This document shows positions 14,445 through 34,455 of a DNA stretch of 64,000 nucleotides, one piece after another. The number at the start of each line of letters is the position of its first letter. Positions within the stretch are counted from its first letter, which is position 1. The stretch is from Antedon mediterranea. Its lineage: Eukaryota > Animalia > Echinodermata. The DNA is taken from positions 26,120,871 through 26,184,870 of the forward strand of contig NC_092676.1 in the NCBI RefSeq assembly GCF_964355755.1, written 5' to 3'. A program made the position numbers and the translations under genes. The notes beneath the pieces were generated by a model that saw only the letters and a program-made list of their open reading frames with translations, ran no database searches and was not told where the DNA came from.

Positions 14445-15123
14445 ATAACAAAAAAAAGAACACAGAGACAAAAAAAGAACAGAGAGAGAGAAAAAAGAAC
14501 AGAGAGAGAGAAAAAAGAACACACAGAGAGAAAAAAGATCACACAGAGAGAAAAAAGATCACACAGAGAGAAAAAAGAACACACAGAGAGAAAAAAGAAC
14601 ACACAGAGAGAAAAAAGAACAGAGAGAAAAAAAGAACAGAGAGAGAGAAAAAAGAACACAGAGACAAAAAAAGAACACACAGAGAGAAAAAAGAACACAG
14701 AGAGACAAAAAAGAACAGAGAGAGAGAAAAAAGAACACAGAGACAAAAAAAGAACACACAGAGAGAAAAAAGAACACAGAGAAAAAAGAACACAGAGAGA
14801 CAAAAAAGAACACAGAGAGAGAAAAAAGAACAGAGAGAGAGAAAAAAGAACACAGAGACAAAAAAAGAACACACAGAGAGAAAAAAGAACACAGAGAGAA
14901 AAAAAAGAACACAGAGACAAAAAAAGAACACACACAGAGAGAAAAAAGAACACAGAGAGACAAAAAGAACACAGAGAGAGAAAAAAGAACACAGAGACAA
15001 AAAAGAACACAGAGACAAAAAAAGAACACACAGAGAGAGAAAAAGAACACAGAGAGAAAAAAAAGAACACACAGAGAGAAAAAAGAACAGAGAGAAAAAA
15101 GAACAGAGAGAGAGAGAAAAAAG
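14445..15123. repeat. Compound purine-rich microsatellite (aaaaaagaacacagagag)n
   Basis: About 680 bp of A/G/C with almost no T on the plus strand. Confidence 0.97.
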
Positions 15124-16557
15124 ACCAACAATACAACAAATTGGTCTACAACCTATTACGTATAAGTTATACAAACAAAACTTGTTGAGATCTGTGAAAA
15201 TGGGAAACTGGCTTGTGAAATGACAATACAATAGGATATCATTAATAAAGTCATGCTGATTTAGACTGTGTTGAAAGAACAGTTAGTTATTATTTGTTAT
15301 TTCATTCAAAAGAAATGAATGAGTTGATTTGAAATTCACTTCTAATGTACTTGTACTCAAGTCCACAGCAAATACATTGAAAATAGAAACTAGAAATTAA
15401 TATACATTTTCTAAATTTAAATAAAGTATGAACTTTTAGTTTGATCTTTAATGTCAACAACTATATTTGATTATGTCAGTTAAAATTAATATCAAACTCT
15501 AACAGATTTTTTTTTTCAAACAGTATTATGACATATTTGTAAAGTAAAGTTTCAAGTAGAAGTAAATGTAAAATGTACTAATAACTATTTTACACAAAAA
15601 AAAACTCAAAAAGCAATCCCAATTTCTTTTTGTCCAGTTGATCCCTCTTAGAAAAAATAAAAAAATTTTTTTAGAGCTTAAGTGAAATTTCTAAGCTAAT
15701 CCCTCAGAGATTCAGAGTTGGTAAATTTAGTATCACTCTCCAGTAACAGCCACAGGCACATTCACTATTGGCAACAGAACAGGACAAAACAGTACCTAAG
15801 CTAGCTATTATCTTGGAGTTGATTTAGAAAACTGATAAAACCTCTTGACAAAAAATAAAATAACCTATAAAAAGCAGAATATTAGTAAATAATATTGAAT
15901 AAAACTGCTTATTTCCATTGAATAATGTCTTTACTGTGTTTGATGGAAAAAGTGAAAAGGATCTTTGGTTATAAATGTTGAGCTCTGACAAGGTCGTAGC
16001 AAGAGTTTAAAAACAGACGAAGCAAAGATGATTTTAAATATAATTAATTTATCAATATAAAATATGATGATCTGAGTTGGGAATTTAGGTTGGGTGGTGA
16101 AGATTTAAAATGTCAGACGAGAAGGGCGCCTCGTCTGCCTCACGGCCCTCTCTGTAGTACAGCTGGGAAAGAGCTGAAGTAGTAATGGTATTGTAGTATA
16201 TACATATTCCACCTTTAAAGAAATTGTTGCTGATCATCAGTATTCGACAACTCTACACACAGGAGAATGTGTTGATCTCGGTGTAGTTTGTTTTAGTTTT
16301 TTGGATCGTCAAAGTTCTCAATTGAAAGGGAAGAGATGTAGTGCCGCAATTATAAATTGGGCACAAAGTTAGAAGGTTCATGGCTATCCATGAAGGAAAG
16401 ATTATTATGGGATGGAAGGACAAAACGTGTTGGTGGACTCATATTGAATAAAAGAGATAGAAAGTGAACTTGTATTGTTAATAGTAACCATCACATTCGG
16501 CAAAAAAAACTACAAGAATAATATAAAAGATCACTTGTATAATTTGCCATCTCTTAC

Positions 16558-19500
16558 CTTTGAAATAACTCTTGTTCCTTAGGTAACTCACACATAATCT
16601 CAATATTGATAATTTATCAAGCTTGGACACGGTTTCCTCATCCAATGGAAGTAGGCTAGAAAGCGTGTCTAGCTCCGTATTCAGACGGTCTCTGTGACGT
16701 TTGCTAGGGTTCGTCTTCACTTCACCTGTAGTTGGGGTGAGCCTATAAAAATACACAAGATTAAAATGTTAAAAGATCTAAAATATTTTTTAAAAGTATC
16801 CATCCAGAATTATCAAAATGTCACATTATTAGCAAAGGAATGGACAAACATCCAAAACTTATCAGTAACTTTGTTGACATATACCACATTGTAACCTGTC
16901 ATTTAAAATATTAAAGATAAAAACAATCATTCATTTGTGCAGTTGAGTGACAAGGTGTAATCAAATTACACAACATTATTATGTAACCTATATCTAAAAC
17001 TTAAATCTGATATATGGGGGAGGGGGGGGGGTTAGGGTTAGGGTGGGAAGCATAACAAGTTTGCCTGTACCATACAATACAACTAAATTGACTTATAAAA
17101 TTTTATGAAGGAATTGTATGAAAAGATATTTTGAATACATTTAATTTGTCTTTTCATTTAATACTGTAAATAATCGATCTATAAACCTAAATACTGATTA
17201 TTAATTGTGGTCTGTATATGACATTGATTGAGCACAGTGCTTAATAAATAATGTACTGTATGTCTAATATTGATTGTTTTCTGTTTTGTTTTTGTTGTTC
17301 TTTGATAAGTTTAATTAGGTCATGACCTATTTTGTCAAATAGTGGGAAACTAATATGACAGTGGTCAAGGACGGATCAAGGATTGGGAGCCTAAAATAAA
17401 ATAGATATCAAAAAGAAGTTCATTTCACTTGTCAAAATAGGGAGCACACTCTAAAGCCTTGTCTACACTATCAAACTTTATGTGATGTGGACATGATGAT
17501 GTCATATCGCTATCATATTTGGGCATATCACTACCATATTTGGGCACATCACACTTTTTTTGGTCAAACTAATACTAGTTTGATAGTGTAGACAGAGCTT
17601 TACAAACAAATTGGATCGCATTTACAGATATAATTTCCTTCATGGTTTGATAGTGTAGACAGAGCTTATACCATCCCCAATTACAGAATATGGATGGAAA
17701 AGAATGGAGAACTTCTTAAAATAACTCCTTGATCTTTCTTAATGTACAGATGTTATTGTTAGTCATAAAAAAAAAAAGGTACCTTGTGAAAGGAAAGAAT
17801 TCAAAAAATAGGAAAGAATACTATAGCCACCATTTCTTGCATAGGGAAGTTGCTAATTAATTTCTCTGGTTTTTCAATCAAAGGGTAAAGAGGTTAAAAA
17901 GGGCTCAGATTACTCCTGTGACCTTGTGCTTTAAATCTTATCAGGCTTTTGCTTACTGTATACTGTAATACTGCTGGATAGCATTTGCATGTTTTCATCA
18001 GTTTTTGGTATATTAGTGAATGTACATACTTCTGCTTAAAGATATATTGTCCCCCAGAACAAATATTTTTCTAAATTTTTCTGTTAAATATGTCATTTTA
18101 TTTTTTTAATGTCACATAAACAGTTATTCACTTTGACCAAAAAGTGTTTTGAAAAAAAAATTATTTACCAGAAAAACCTGTCAGACAATTAGTTTTTGGT
18201 TGAATTTAACTGTTTTCTTTTTATTTGTTTTCTTTTCTAAGAAAGTGATTACCTTTATTAAAACTACGAAATGGCCTATTCAAAGTTTGCGTACGTATAA
18301 ATACTGAAATGTCTTAATCGGGCAGTGGTCGATCCAGAAATAGGGAAGGGATTGAGGCTTAACCGATTCACCACGATAAGCGCTTAAAGCGCTCAAAAGG
18401 TTAAAAGTCAAGGTCATTGTAAACAAATTTTCAACAAAAAAAAAGTAAATCGAATTTACATGCGCAGTTTGCTGTGCATGAATCGTAACAACAAATTATA
18501 CAAAATACTCACAACTTTTTTTTTAAAAATATGCTTCTAAATATATAAAAACAATTGTTGAAGTTAGTTTGAAAATAAAATTCGAAAATATAACCGTTTT
18601 TCGAAGCACGCTGTTCGAAACGCGACAGGCGCGTTGAATGAATCTAGGCCTAGACATACAACGTAAAATCGTCTAAAATCCATCTTTATTTCTAATAATC
18701 ACTATTTTGAAGCTTGTATACAATAAATGTATAATAAATAAAGATTATGTATCAGTTACAGTGTCTAAATCGTCATATTTCCATGTAAAAATGTGATTTT
18801 TCTACCGGAGAAAAGTCGTGAAGATGTCCTCACAAGGGCCGCGCCATATTGTTTACCTTTGATTGTAATATGAACCCTGACATGTCAGATGCATTATGGG
18901 CATGAAATATTTGTTCAAACTCTGCGCAAAGGTCAGTTTATTGAAGCATAACTTTTGACAAACATTTTGATACCAAACTTGTTTTAATTTCATAAGTTTT
19001 CGACGCATTTTCGTCAAATTTTCTGCAAGCTACACGTCTAAAACAGCGGACTAAGCTCCCGAGGGATGCCGGTGCGCGTGGGAATCGCGAATTCCAAGTC
19101 GCTTTCGGGATGTTTTTTTTAACATTCCCGGTGAACAAACAGCGGCGAGGACGCTCTCGGGGCGGCTCCCGATAGGCCTAGGCCCCATATGGTCATCGTC
19201 GGATGAGTCAGTCTACTAATTTCTTCATAATTTCGAAACCGGTCATTCATAATGGTCAAGTTTGGTCTTATTTTGAAGAGAAGAAATAGGTTCTGATGAA
19301 GAGATGAGTTTTATTATGAAATATTTATTAATTTTTGTGCATTTGGTAGTCAAAGATAAATTACAAATTTTTAATAATTTTCCTAAAATATTTCTAAAAT
19401 TTGCATAATCCATACTCCGCCAAAATAAGTTGTAACACAAATTTGATAACATATTTGGAAATAAAATGTCCTTTGCATTATTTTTGTTTTTTAATTTTTT

Positions 19501-22500
19501 TAATGTCTGTGTTTAGAAAAAAAGTTAGGGTTAATTATATGACATATGCTTTTTGGGTCCCAGGGGAGCAAAATAAACTTAGGGGTCAATGGGTTAAAAA
19601 TTGTGAAATTACGTGTAAACTTAATGTCCTATCTTTGTATTTTAATGGCAGTGACTATATGAAAGCTTTACTATAGTTTATTAGTAGAAAATCTCTATTA
19701 ATGAATTATGCTAACTTATTTTCTACTGTTTATTATTGTTTCTTGGACCACAAAAAATATCAACTGTAAAGCTCTGTCTACACTAAAAAAAGTGTGGTGT
19801 GCCCATATATGGACTGTACATATCACACTTTTTTTTGTCAAACTAGTTTGATAATGTAGACAGAGCTTTTAACAGCTTGTTTGTAAATTTGAACTTGAAA
19901 TAGGATTTTTTTAAATAGAGTGTGATTGATCATCATAATCTCGTTGATAATGGAAGAAGGCAATGTACTAAACATTCTGTGAGTTTTTTCATGGTTAATA
20001 ATTCATAACAATAACATGTTAAACTACTTCGGTGAATCAGACAAAAGGATTTATTTTATTGCAATTTTAACAATAAGTTTAGTTAAGCATTATTCACAAT
20101 GGATTACAAAAGCAGTTTATCTATTTGCAAGGGCTATTTAGCTAGCTTGTTTATTTTTACTAATAATTACTTCATGTTTATTATACTGTAACTAGCATAA
20201 TATTTTCAGAAGCATCTTCATAACACTAAAAAGACATTCAAGATGGCGTTGTCCTTTTTTTATCTGAAAGACTAACATCTTCAATTTCTGGAACCTATTT
20301 CTAAACCTACGGTAACCATGCAACTAATATGCTTGCAAGCTACCTGTACACAGGGGCAGAGGAGGTTGCGTCTGGGACGTACGGTAAATCTGACAAGTGG
20401 GGAAAACAGAGGACGGGAATGAATATTCATTCACGGGAACCCAAACATTTTTATGAAATATTAAAGATAAAACTGTATTTAAGTATGGTACCAAAATATA
20501 CAAAACGATATAATATGAAAATTATAATAAATCATCTAGTATTAAAGTATTTTTAATACCATATGTTACAATATGGCCACAATAAAATAATAGACAATAT
20601 GGCTATTATGGAATTATGTTGTGGTGGTGCATAGTAGCAACATAGCATCCTAACCATGTGTAATTACTGTCTAGAATTCACTAGATTGTGACGACTACAA
20701 ACCTTATTTACTACTATACTTCAAGAAAAATGAGTTGAATTGTTTAAAACATTGTAACATTCAGAGCCAAGCAAATGAAGATTTTTTTTTTTTTTTTTTT
20801 TCACCATATTTAATGAGGGTGATCCATCCAGCTATTGCTGATCATTAGGGACCCTCAGAAAAACAAAGTTTTATTACAAGTCTTTGGGAGTGGAGTTGTA
20901 ATTTGGTCCTTTGAAAAAATCCTGACATGTGACGGGACTTGAACCCAGGACCCTTGGAGTGGTAGCCAAGCATCATAACCACCAAGCCACAACTCCACTC
21001 GAGTTGAGGTACAGTACAGTGCTCCTCATGAAAACAGCCTGATAGTGCATTAAAATGGTTTGGTTTGTTAGTGAAATAGTTAATTTAAATCAATGAAACC
21101 TGTACAGTCGTAATAATAGGATATAAAAAAAGTCTCTTATACAATTAGGTTTTTTTTCTTCAGTTGCTTACTCTTGCACATGCTTTTTATGTTGGAAAAA
21201 GAACCCCCTGTAAAAATCTCGGCTACGGGCTTCACATCTACAACATTTAAACATATTCATTTTAGATTTATGCCTAAATGTTGTAGATGTCAAGCCCGTA
21301 GCTATTATGAAAAGATCAATCTGAGACATAACAGACAAGTGTATGAACAAGAATGAGGGTCTGTTGACTTGTTAAGAATATCTTTTCACTTTAAACAAAT
21401 AGAAAAATAGTTTTGTAAACAAAGTAGTAGTTAGGATAGGCTATTTGACAATAAAGCTATCATGAACTGAAATGCCTTGGTTGATCAAACCATCAAACAC
21501 CAATGATAAGCACTTGTATATATACAGTACTGTAGTTTTAACAGGGCACTAAAGAAATACAGGAATGTATACATATATTTACACTTGCACTGATAAAGGG
21601 TTAGTCCGAAAGTCCGACATTTTCTGGCCGTTTTACTTATCGTTTTGATAACATTTTGCTTATTTTATTTTAATAGTACCCACAGCATTGTCATTTTTTC
21701 ATTAATTTGCCTTTACACTGTACAGGTACTGCTGCTAAATAATGGATTATACAGTTTCCACATTTGAAAATTAATATCTGAAATCTTGGATCCAAAATGG
21801 CATCAAAATTCCCCTCACTACAAACAGTATGGAAGACTGATTCTCATTTCCTTGCATTACCATTACTACTGTACATGACTGTACTTTGAATATTAAAACA
21901 CATGTTCTAACCATTTAAAAGTAAACATGCATATGACACATCTGCGATCAAAATATGATATTAAACATAATTCCTAAGAATACATTTCTACAAACTTGAT
22001 ATTATATGGAATTACGGAAGTGAGTGATGTTTCCTAGCTAGCCGTCTCTATGGCATCAACTAACATTGCCAGATTGACGATGACTATTAATTTAGCTTTT
22101 GACAAAAGTTAACAAGTGTCCAAATAATGACACAAAACAATTGTCAAGTTCAATAGCCAACTAGCAGCTTTTAACTAGGTCAATAATTATAATAATTTTT
22201 ATCAAAATTTTATCAAAATATAAGTCTTCTTACTTTTGTATACCATACTATTTTTGTTTGGTTAAATGATTCCATTTCCACCAATAAAATTTGATGTAAT
22301 TTTTTGTATTGTATTTTTTTGTTTAAATTGCCTCATACATAATAAATAAAGATATGTATTGTATAAAAATACCTCACAATTTAAATTTATCTGATTTATT
22401 TGGTTTTATTTAAATAGTAACTTTTTTTTGTGTGCTAAAAAGTATATGTGGTACAATGCTGATTTTAAATCTTTGAATAAAATATTAAAAAAAAATTTCC

Positions 22501-23139
22501 ATACACAGTACCATTATATTCTTCTTATACTCGTAATTTTACAGTTTCGTGTCAAATAAAGTTTGACAATCTGGACCGTACCAATAAAACTCTTTGTATA
22601 GTTGTGTAATAAAGAGTTACTACAGAATTAAATAAGAATATTCATTCATTCATTGTTTCAAATAAATAATAACAAATAACATAGCATCACTGTCACTGAA
22701 GGTAAAAATGAATATTAAAACTACATTAAAAAAAAAACTTTGTCGTCACATCACCACCTTTACAGGATATTGCTGTGGTGGGTAGATTTTTGTTTATAAA
22801 AATACAATCTAATTTAATTAAGTTGTTTAATGGTATGTAATTAACTAAATTATAAAATATGGCCCTCGGCACACCATTGATTTAACAATTTATAAACAAT
22901 ACATTCAACTGTACAGAATAACTATTAAATAAGCGTGCGCGGTTTAAGTTCCGTTCGTAACCTCCAGGTAATCCACAATACAAACAAATAGGCCTAGCTG
23001 GGTGGCCTAGTAGATAAACAAGATCATGTATATCAAAGTTAAAAAACATTCCCTTTTCATATTAAATAACCTACCGTTTTACAGGGCGTCGCCGCTTCCT
23101 CCCTGCGTACATAGACATATTAGACTGAGCTGACTGCAT
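16558..23139 (-). CDS. AHR: Aryl hydrocarbon receptor (bHLH-PAS), 5' part: exon 1 23139-23075, exon 2 16742-16558; remaining exons appear to lie left of the window
   Basis: Spliced translation [22 protein letters not shown]|[61 protein letters not shown] matches the AHR NLS and bHLH signature. GT-AG sites are canonical and phases compatible (65 nt + 185 nt). No PAS exon found in 1-16557. Confidence 0.9.
17455..17666. mobile_element. MITE family A copy plus an extra right TIR
   Basis: Main copy 17455-17599; second gtttgatagtgtagacagagct at 17645-17666. Confidence 0.85.
18040..18300. mobile_element. TTAA-flanked (Kolobok-like) MITE family, truncated copy
   Basis: ttaa|agatatattgtcccc...aatgtcacata...gttattcactttgaccaaaaa, shared with 29932, 33861 and 43876. 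Confidence 0.55.
18300..19593. mobile_element. Probable DNA-transposon remnant with one piggyBac-like end
   Basis: CpG-rich patches unlike the surrounding intron; right end ggggtcaatggg|ttaa. No matching left TIR found. Confidence 0.35.
19770..19867. mobile_element. MITE family A copy (internally deleted)
   Basis: Both TIRs present. Confidence 0.85.
20782..21000 (-). mobile_element. tRNA-derived SINE, full-length
   Basis: Minus strand: box A tggcttggtgg, box B ggttcaagtcc, 20-nt poly(A) tail. Second copy at 8950-9160. Confidence 0.85.
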
Positions 23140-25160
23140 TTAGAAACTTAAAATCACAAATGTAAATCCGAACGAAAACTACATTCCAAACTTAATAATA
23201 ATACTCTAGGCTAGGCCTATTGATTCGAACCATGTGTGTGAGTAGGTTGAATTCCGCGAACAAACAAAATCACTCTTCTGGTTACTAAACTATCGAGAAA
23301 TGGGCATGAATTTAATTTCCTAAAATCCAAATTGTTTCGTAGTAACTTCTGCTGCGACTGTCAAACGATGTTTTCGTTAAAATGTTGATAAAGATCGTGC
23401 TACATAATATATTTCGAAGCCTGTTTGTCAATCGTCAGCGCAAGTCCACACCGATAGGCTGCCTGAAAGAAGGGGGAAATAATACGTACGAGCAGGTTTC
23501 ATTTTCTTTTTCTGGTGGCGGCATCGTTTAAGTCTGTACTCAATTTACAATTTCGTTGGTGGCGCACTCAAATTAATTTGTTTCAAGAAGGAACATATTC
23601 AATTATTTCATAAATTCATTCATAATTTCTTTCGTTGTGGTGGTTGTTTTGGGCCACGAATATTTTTAAAATTTCAAATCTCCTACAGTATAGTTATTTT
23701 TATATTTTCTTATATTACTTTGTTCATATATTTGATTCACAAGATTTAAACAACATTTTTCATTTCCATCAATTTTCACAAATATTTTATTTTAATGTCT
23801 ATAATTTTATGTAAAAAAAAGTAGAATACAGATTTATAACAGATTTTCAGCTGATATAGAAATAACAAAATTAATTGAGCAATTTTTACCCATGCTGTCT
23901 AACCTCTAAGTATGAAGCTTGGATAATAGCAGTTATAAGAAATGTTTGATACTACGAAAAAAAGAATTGAACCCAGGTCATCGGGATTGAAAGGCAAGAG
24001 TGTTAACCCACACTTTTAGTGCCACATTCTTTAGACACATAGGCTTACTATATATTTTTTTACAATCATAACATTCTTAATTTGTAAATCTATTCCTAAA
24101 CATTAATATTACACTTTTATTGGACACGGATTTAATTAAGTATATACAGTATTTTTAGTGTACTAGTTTTAAAATTACTGTATTATATATATTTTCATAT
24201 ACTGTATTCTGATTTCTTTGTATTGCATTAGACCTATTAGTGACTATCATATTAATAGTTTAATATAATACTGAATTCATGGTACAAAGATTAGTAACTT
24301 AAGTACTCAACCACTGCTTGTACTCAATCATTTTATAATCAAGTCTGTAGTATGGATTTTAACAGGGGGACAACAAATGGGGAAAAATTGTTTCGAGTCT
24401 GAGCTATGCTATTTTAGGACTATTCACCCCTGGATACAGGCTTAATTAAAATTATTCCGCTTTAATTAGAATCGAATGGCTCGAAAATGTTTGTAACAGA
24501 TAGACTCCCACAAACATAGCCGGCCTAAAGCATAACATTTCAACAATAACTTTTTCAATCTTTTAGCTTTCATAATCAAAATCTTAATACCAAATTATTA
24601 TGCAAATATTTACATCATAGAATTTTAAGGAATACCATTAAATATTTGTATACTTTACACCCAATTGTACATTTTTAATATTTTATTTTAATGTTTCCTA
24701 ATCTAAACAGTTTAATTTTATATTAGTATTTTTTAATTGAACGTTTTTTCCAACTTCACAAGGTGAATGTTGTGTGATATTCAATGCACGTTTTTTTTAA
24801 AAAGGTTGTTAATTTGGAGTATTCGATTCGGAAACCATAGTATTTTTTTTCAATGTTGGTAAACACAACCTTTTTCCAAACTATCTTATTAACTAAATAC
24901 AGAAAACTAGTCCCATTTGAATACATCAATTGCTGCCTAATATTCCAGGATCAACTGCAAGGAACCTAGGCTAAGGAGAGGGTAACAACCACAGTGGCAA
25001 ATTATTTCCAATAAGTTGTGTGCAAAATGGGAATTTTTTAATGATTTTTTTATGTGGAATCACCAAAATCACCCTAAACCCCTTTTAAATGAATCTAAAA
25101 GCGATAGTATGTATTTGTATGTGCAGGCACGGCAAAATGTGAATGTCTTCAAACAATGTC

Positions 25161-30858
<5,698 letters not shown>

Positions 30859-32097
30859 GATGGCTGGTTTAGAGAAATTAAAAGAACATTTCTTAAAATC
30901 TTTTTTTTGGTAAACAGAGGATCTGGATGGATAATAGAGGGTGTGGATGGCAAAAGTCTTGGACTCCGAAGCTTTGGATAAAATAAGTTAGTTTAGGCAG
31001 ACAACATTAAAATAAATTCTTGACTTTAAGACACTTAAATTTGGTGGTACATACAATATTATAAAAAGACTTTAAATGATAAAAAAAATCTGAAATTCTT
31101 TCAAAAAAAAAAAATCTAATTTACTTTAAAATTTTGATTTAAAATTCAAGAATAAATTTACTATAAAACTATTTTATTCGATTGAATTTTACATTCACAT
31201 CAGTAAACTAATAAAGGAGAACCGTGTTGGTAACAGCTGACAAATGACAAGGTACATTTACCACAGTGACAAACACAATACAACAAAGTTACTGTAGTGT
31301 ACTATAAGCTAGGCTTAAACTAGAAGAGAGAAAAAAGAAAGAATCAATCAAAGTAATACTTTCAGAATTGAAATTATTTATATTTAAGATAACTCTAGTT
31401 AGTCTAGGCCTAGGCCTACATACAAAATACAAGTAACCTGTAAATGGATAAATCTACAGAGATGATGAGGCTAACCTATCATTCATACTAAGGTGAAGTC
31501 TGGTCTAGGTGTTAGGCCTACTTGCTAGGCCTAGACTAAATTATAAAAGGTAGTCAGAGTGAGTGTGGGGTGGTAGACTAGGCCTACATCACGTAGGCTA
31601 GGGTAGGACTACCTAGGCCTAGGCCTAAAAAAGCATACTTGCTACACCGCTGCAGTGTGGTGGCAAAATAAACATCAACCAGGAAAACATAGAATTAATA
31701 TAACAGGTAAGAAATGACTTATATTTTGAATCAGCATATATAAATGATTAATAATCATTCTAATTTATACTTACTCATTTCTTAATACTATAATAAAATG
31801 CAACTAAAGCTGCCCTTTGTAAACGTACGTTTCTTGGCGACAGATCAGCAGCAAAAAATTCAATTTATAAAAAACGGGTGCGCCCTCTATAATACTTACC
31901 TGCTGCTCAGCTCCTCCAACTTTTCAACTAACTTTCAATTAGTATTCTAATACTACTATATTCTATTTGCACGCAATCAAATTCACATTTTTGAATCTTT
32001 AAAACTCTTGACAGATCAATGTATATACGTACACAACTTTTACAATTTTAAATATTTATTATTTCTACACTCACAAGTGTTTGAAATTGTGTATAGA

Positions 32098-32290
32098 ACA
32101 GAGTATTTTCCCTACTTGTGACTCAAAATGGCAGTCATATACAAGTTTGATTGAGTCACATCTATAGAATTTACAACAAATTTATTGTACAGAGTGTTTT
32201 CCCTACAAATAACTCAAAACTGACAGTCATATACAAAGTTGATTGAGTTAATACGTCTCTAGTAGAATTTACAACAAATTTGTTGTACAG
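32098..32290. repeat. ~90 bp tandem duplication
   Basis: acagagt.ttttccctac...actcaaaa...cagtcatatacaa..ttgattgagt...tagaatttacaacaaattt appears twice. Confidence 0.75.
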
Positions 32291-32443
32291 CGCTTAGCGT
32301 GTCTGCCTAGTGATTGAAAATGGTGGTCATGTACAAGCTGAGTTAAGTTTGTAGAACTTAAAATGAACTTATTTCCGAAATGAACCAAAAATGGCAAAAT
32401 TGAGTCTGTGAAATTGTACCACATATCTAGCCTCAATACCATA

Positions 32444-32917
32444 CAGTAGAGCTATTGATGGGACATCTTCAGGCCTAACGAAGTGTCCCCTGAATAGAGA
32501 TTGGTTGTAGTGTTAACAAATATATTTCCAATCATTCGTTTCACAGGAATTCCTATTTATAGGAGTGTCCCCTGAATAGAGATTGGTTGTAGTGTTAACA
32601 AATATATTTCCAATCATTCGTTTCACAGGAATTCCTATTTATAGGAGTGTCCCCTGAATAGAGATTGGTTGTAGTGTTAACAAATATATTTCCAATCATT
32701 CGTTTCACAGGAATTCCTATTTATAGGAGTGTCCCCTGAATAGCGGTGTCCCCTGAATAGAGATTGGTTGTAGTGTTAACAAATATATTTCCAATCATTC
32801 GTTTCACAGGAATTCTTATTTATAGGAGTGTCCCCTTAATAGCGGTGTCCTCTGAATAGCGGTGTTCCCTTAATAGGGGTGTTCCCTTAATAAGGTACTT
32901 CCAAAAGAGGGCTACTG
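32444..32917. mobile_element. Tc1/mariner-type MITE with an internal 82-bp tandem expansion (about 4 copies)
   Basis: ta|cagtag...ctactg|ta ends; repeated gtgtcccctgaatagagattggttgtagtgttaac... unit. Related fragments near 28060, 29460 and 51910. Confidence 0.75.
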
Positions 32918-33209
32918 TAATTACAATATAAGAGTTAATTATTATGCTAAAATTGTTTGTATAATTTTCTATAATTACAACTGTTTAGTAAATCCAGCCA
33001 AATCCAGAGTACTTACTGTTTTGGTTATCATGTATGTCCCCCAACAGACATAGCTAAATGATGACCACAGTTACACAACTCTCAACAAAATAACTATCTT
33101 ATTATATTTATATCATATTTACATAATTTTTAACATAAACATTATTATCAATAATATATGAATAATAACATAACAAAAAATAAGTAAGTATAATTTTAAT
33201 ACAATGTAA

Positions 33210-33371
33210 AGCTCTGTCTACACTATCAAACTTTATGTGAAAAAAAAAATGTGATGTGCCCATATATGGACATGATGATGTCATATCACTACCATATTTG
33301 GTTATATCACTACCATATTTGGACATGTCACACTTTTTTTGTCAAACTAGTTTGATAGTGTAGACATAGAT
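33210..33371. mobile_element. MITE family A copy
   Basis: Near-consensus sequence. Confidence 0.88.
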
Positions 33372-33716
33372 TCATAGATTTTCCAAGTAGCTATTTTTCA
33401 AATCAAAAAGGTTCACATAGTATTTTATTTTCTACCATTTTTTTAATATAATTTTTTCATTCAATATTATTAACAAATAAATAATTTTGTTTACTCTGGA
33501 CATCACCATTACACAACATACATTGTTGACCTATAATATAATTCCATATCTGCCAGACAAATAATTACTCTAAATTTAATATTATTAATGTATTTCCAAA
33601 AATATCTAACAACAAAATTCATCTTAATTGTGTTATAGGTGATTTAATGGTACATCTGATTCTAAACTATTGTCACACCACTCTCCCTGCAATAAACTTG
33701 TTGCTGTATATTCTTA

Positions 33717-33823
33717 AGCTCTGTCAAACTTTGTGACAAAATATATGACCATATATGGACACAATGACACATCTCTGTCATATTTGGACACATCACATTT
33801 TGTTAGATAGGTTAGATTGAGCT
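33717..33823. mobile_element. MITE family A copy (degenerate)
   Basis: agctctgtc...catatatggac...acatcacatt...gagct. Confidence 0.6.
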
Positions 33824-33860
33824 TATTACTCTTGGTAAATTTGGCAATGTAAGACATTAA

Positions 33861-34113
33861 AGATATAATTTATTGTCGAATTTTGTTGTTGAATATGCGA
33901 TTTTGATGTTCCATAATAGTTATTCACTTAGACCAAAAATTGGATTGAAAAAAAAAAATTTACCTCAAAAAACTGTATTTAAAAGCCAAATGGGTTTTTG
34001 ATGGAATTAAAAATTTTTTTTTTTTGCAGAAGTGATTAACTTAAAACTCCAAAATGACTTTTCAACATCTTGTTTTATTAATCAATCATGTTTTTGGGGG
34101 ACACTTTGCATCT
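33861..34113. mobile_element. TTAA-flanked (Kolobok-like) MITE copy
   Basis: ttaa|agat...catct|ttaa with family-shared interior. Confidence 0.65.
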
Positions 34114-34455
34114 TTAAGTTGAGCACTTCATTTTACCATTTCAGGACCTGCATCCTCCTCCCCTCCTTTCCAGTGATCTGTAACGGTTCGTATACAAATC
34201 AAACTTCCTAAATAAAAATACCTCTTTTGGGTGACACAAAATTATAATTCTTCAACCAGGAAATCTTTTAAAATGAGTACATATATAATACCTGATATAT
34301 AGGCCTACAGGCAAGTACAATTCAAACAGTCTCCTTTATACTTACATATTGCTAAATTAAATACATTTACTGATATTAATGAACAAAACACAATGGATAC
34401 ATAAAAGACTAATAAAGTGGGGAGTATATTGGGAGAAACATACCTGATTAAATCT

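Noticed and set aside
14408-15231. Long ORFs of 190-271 aa on both strands
   Set aside because: Artefacts of a stop-free microsatellite; low-complexity translation, no domain.
17029-17044. Telomere-like ttaggg repeats next to a G-run
   Set aside because: Only two units; not distinguishable from chance.
31892-31902. ATACTTACCTG, identical to the U1 snRNA 5' end
   Set aside because: Downstream sequence does not continue as U1; better explained as a consensus donor on the minus strand.
33108-33326. Recurrent small ORFs containing [18 protein letters not shown] (also 37329, 58675, 63212)
   Set aside because: Translations of MITE family A, not a peptide gene family.
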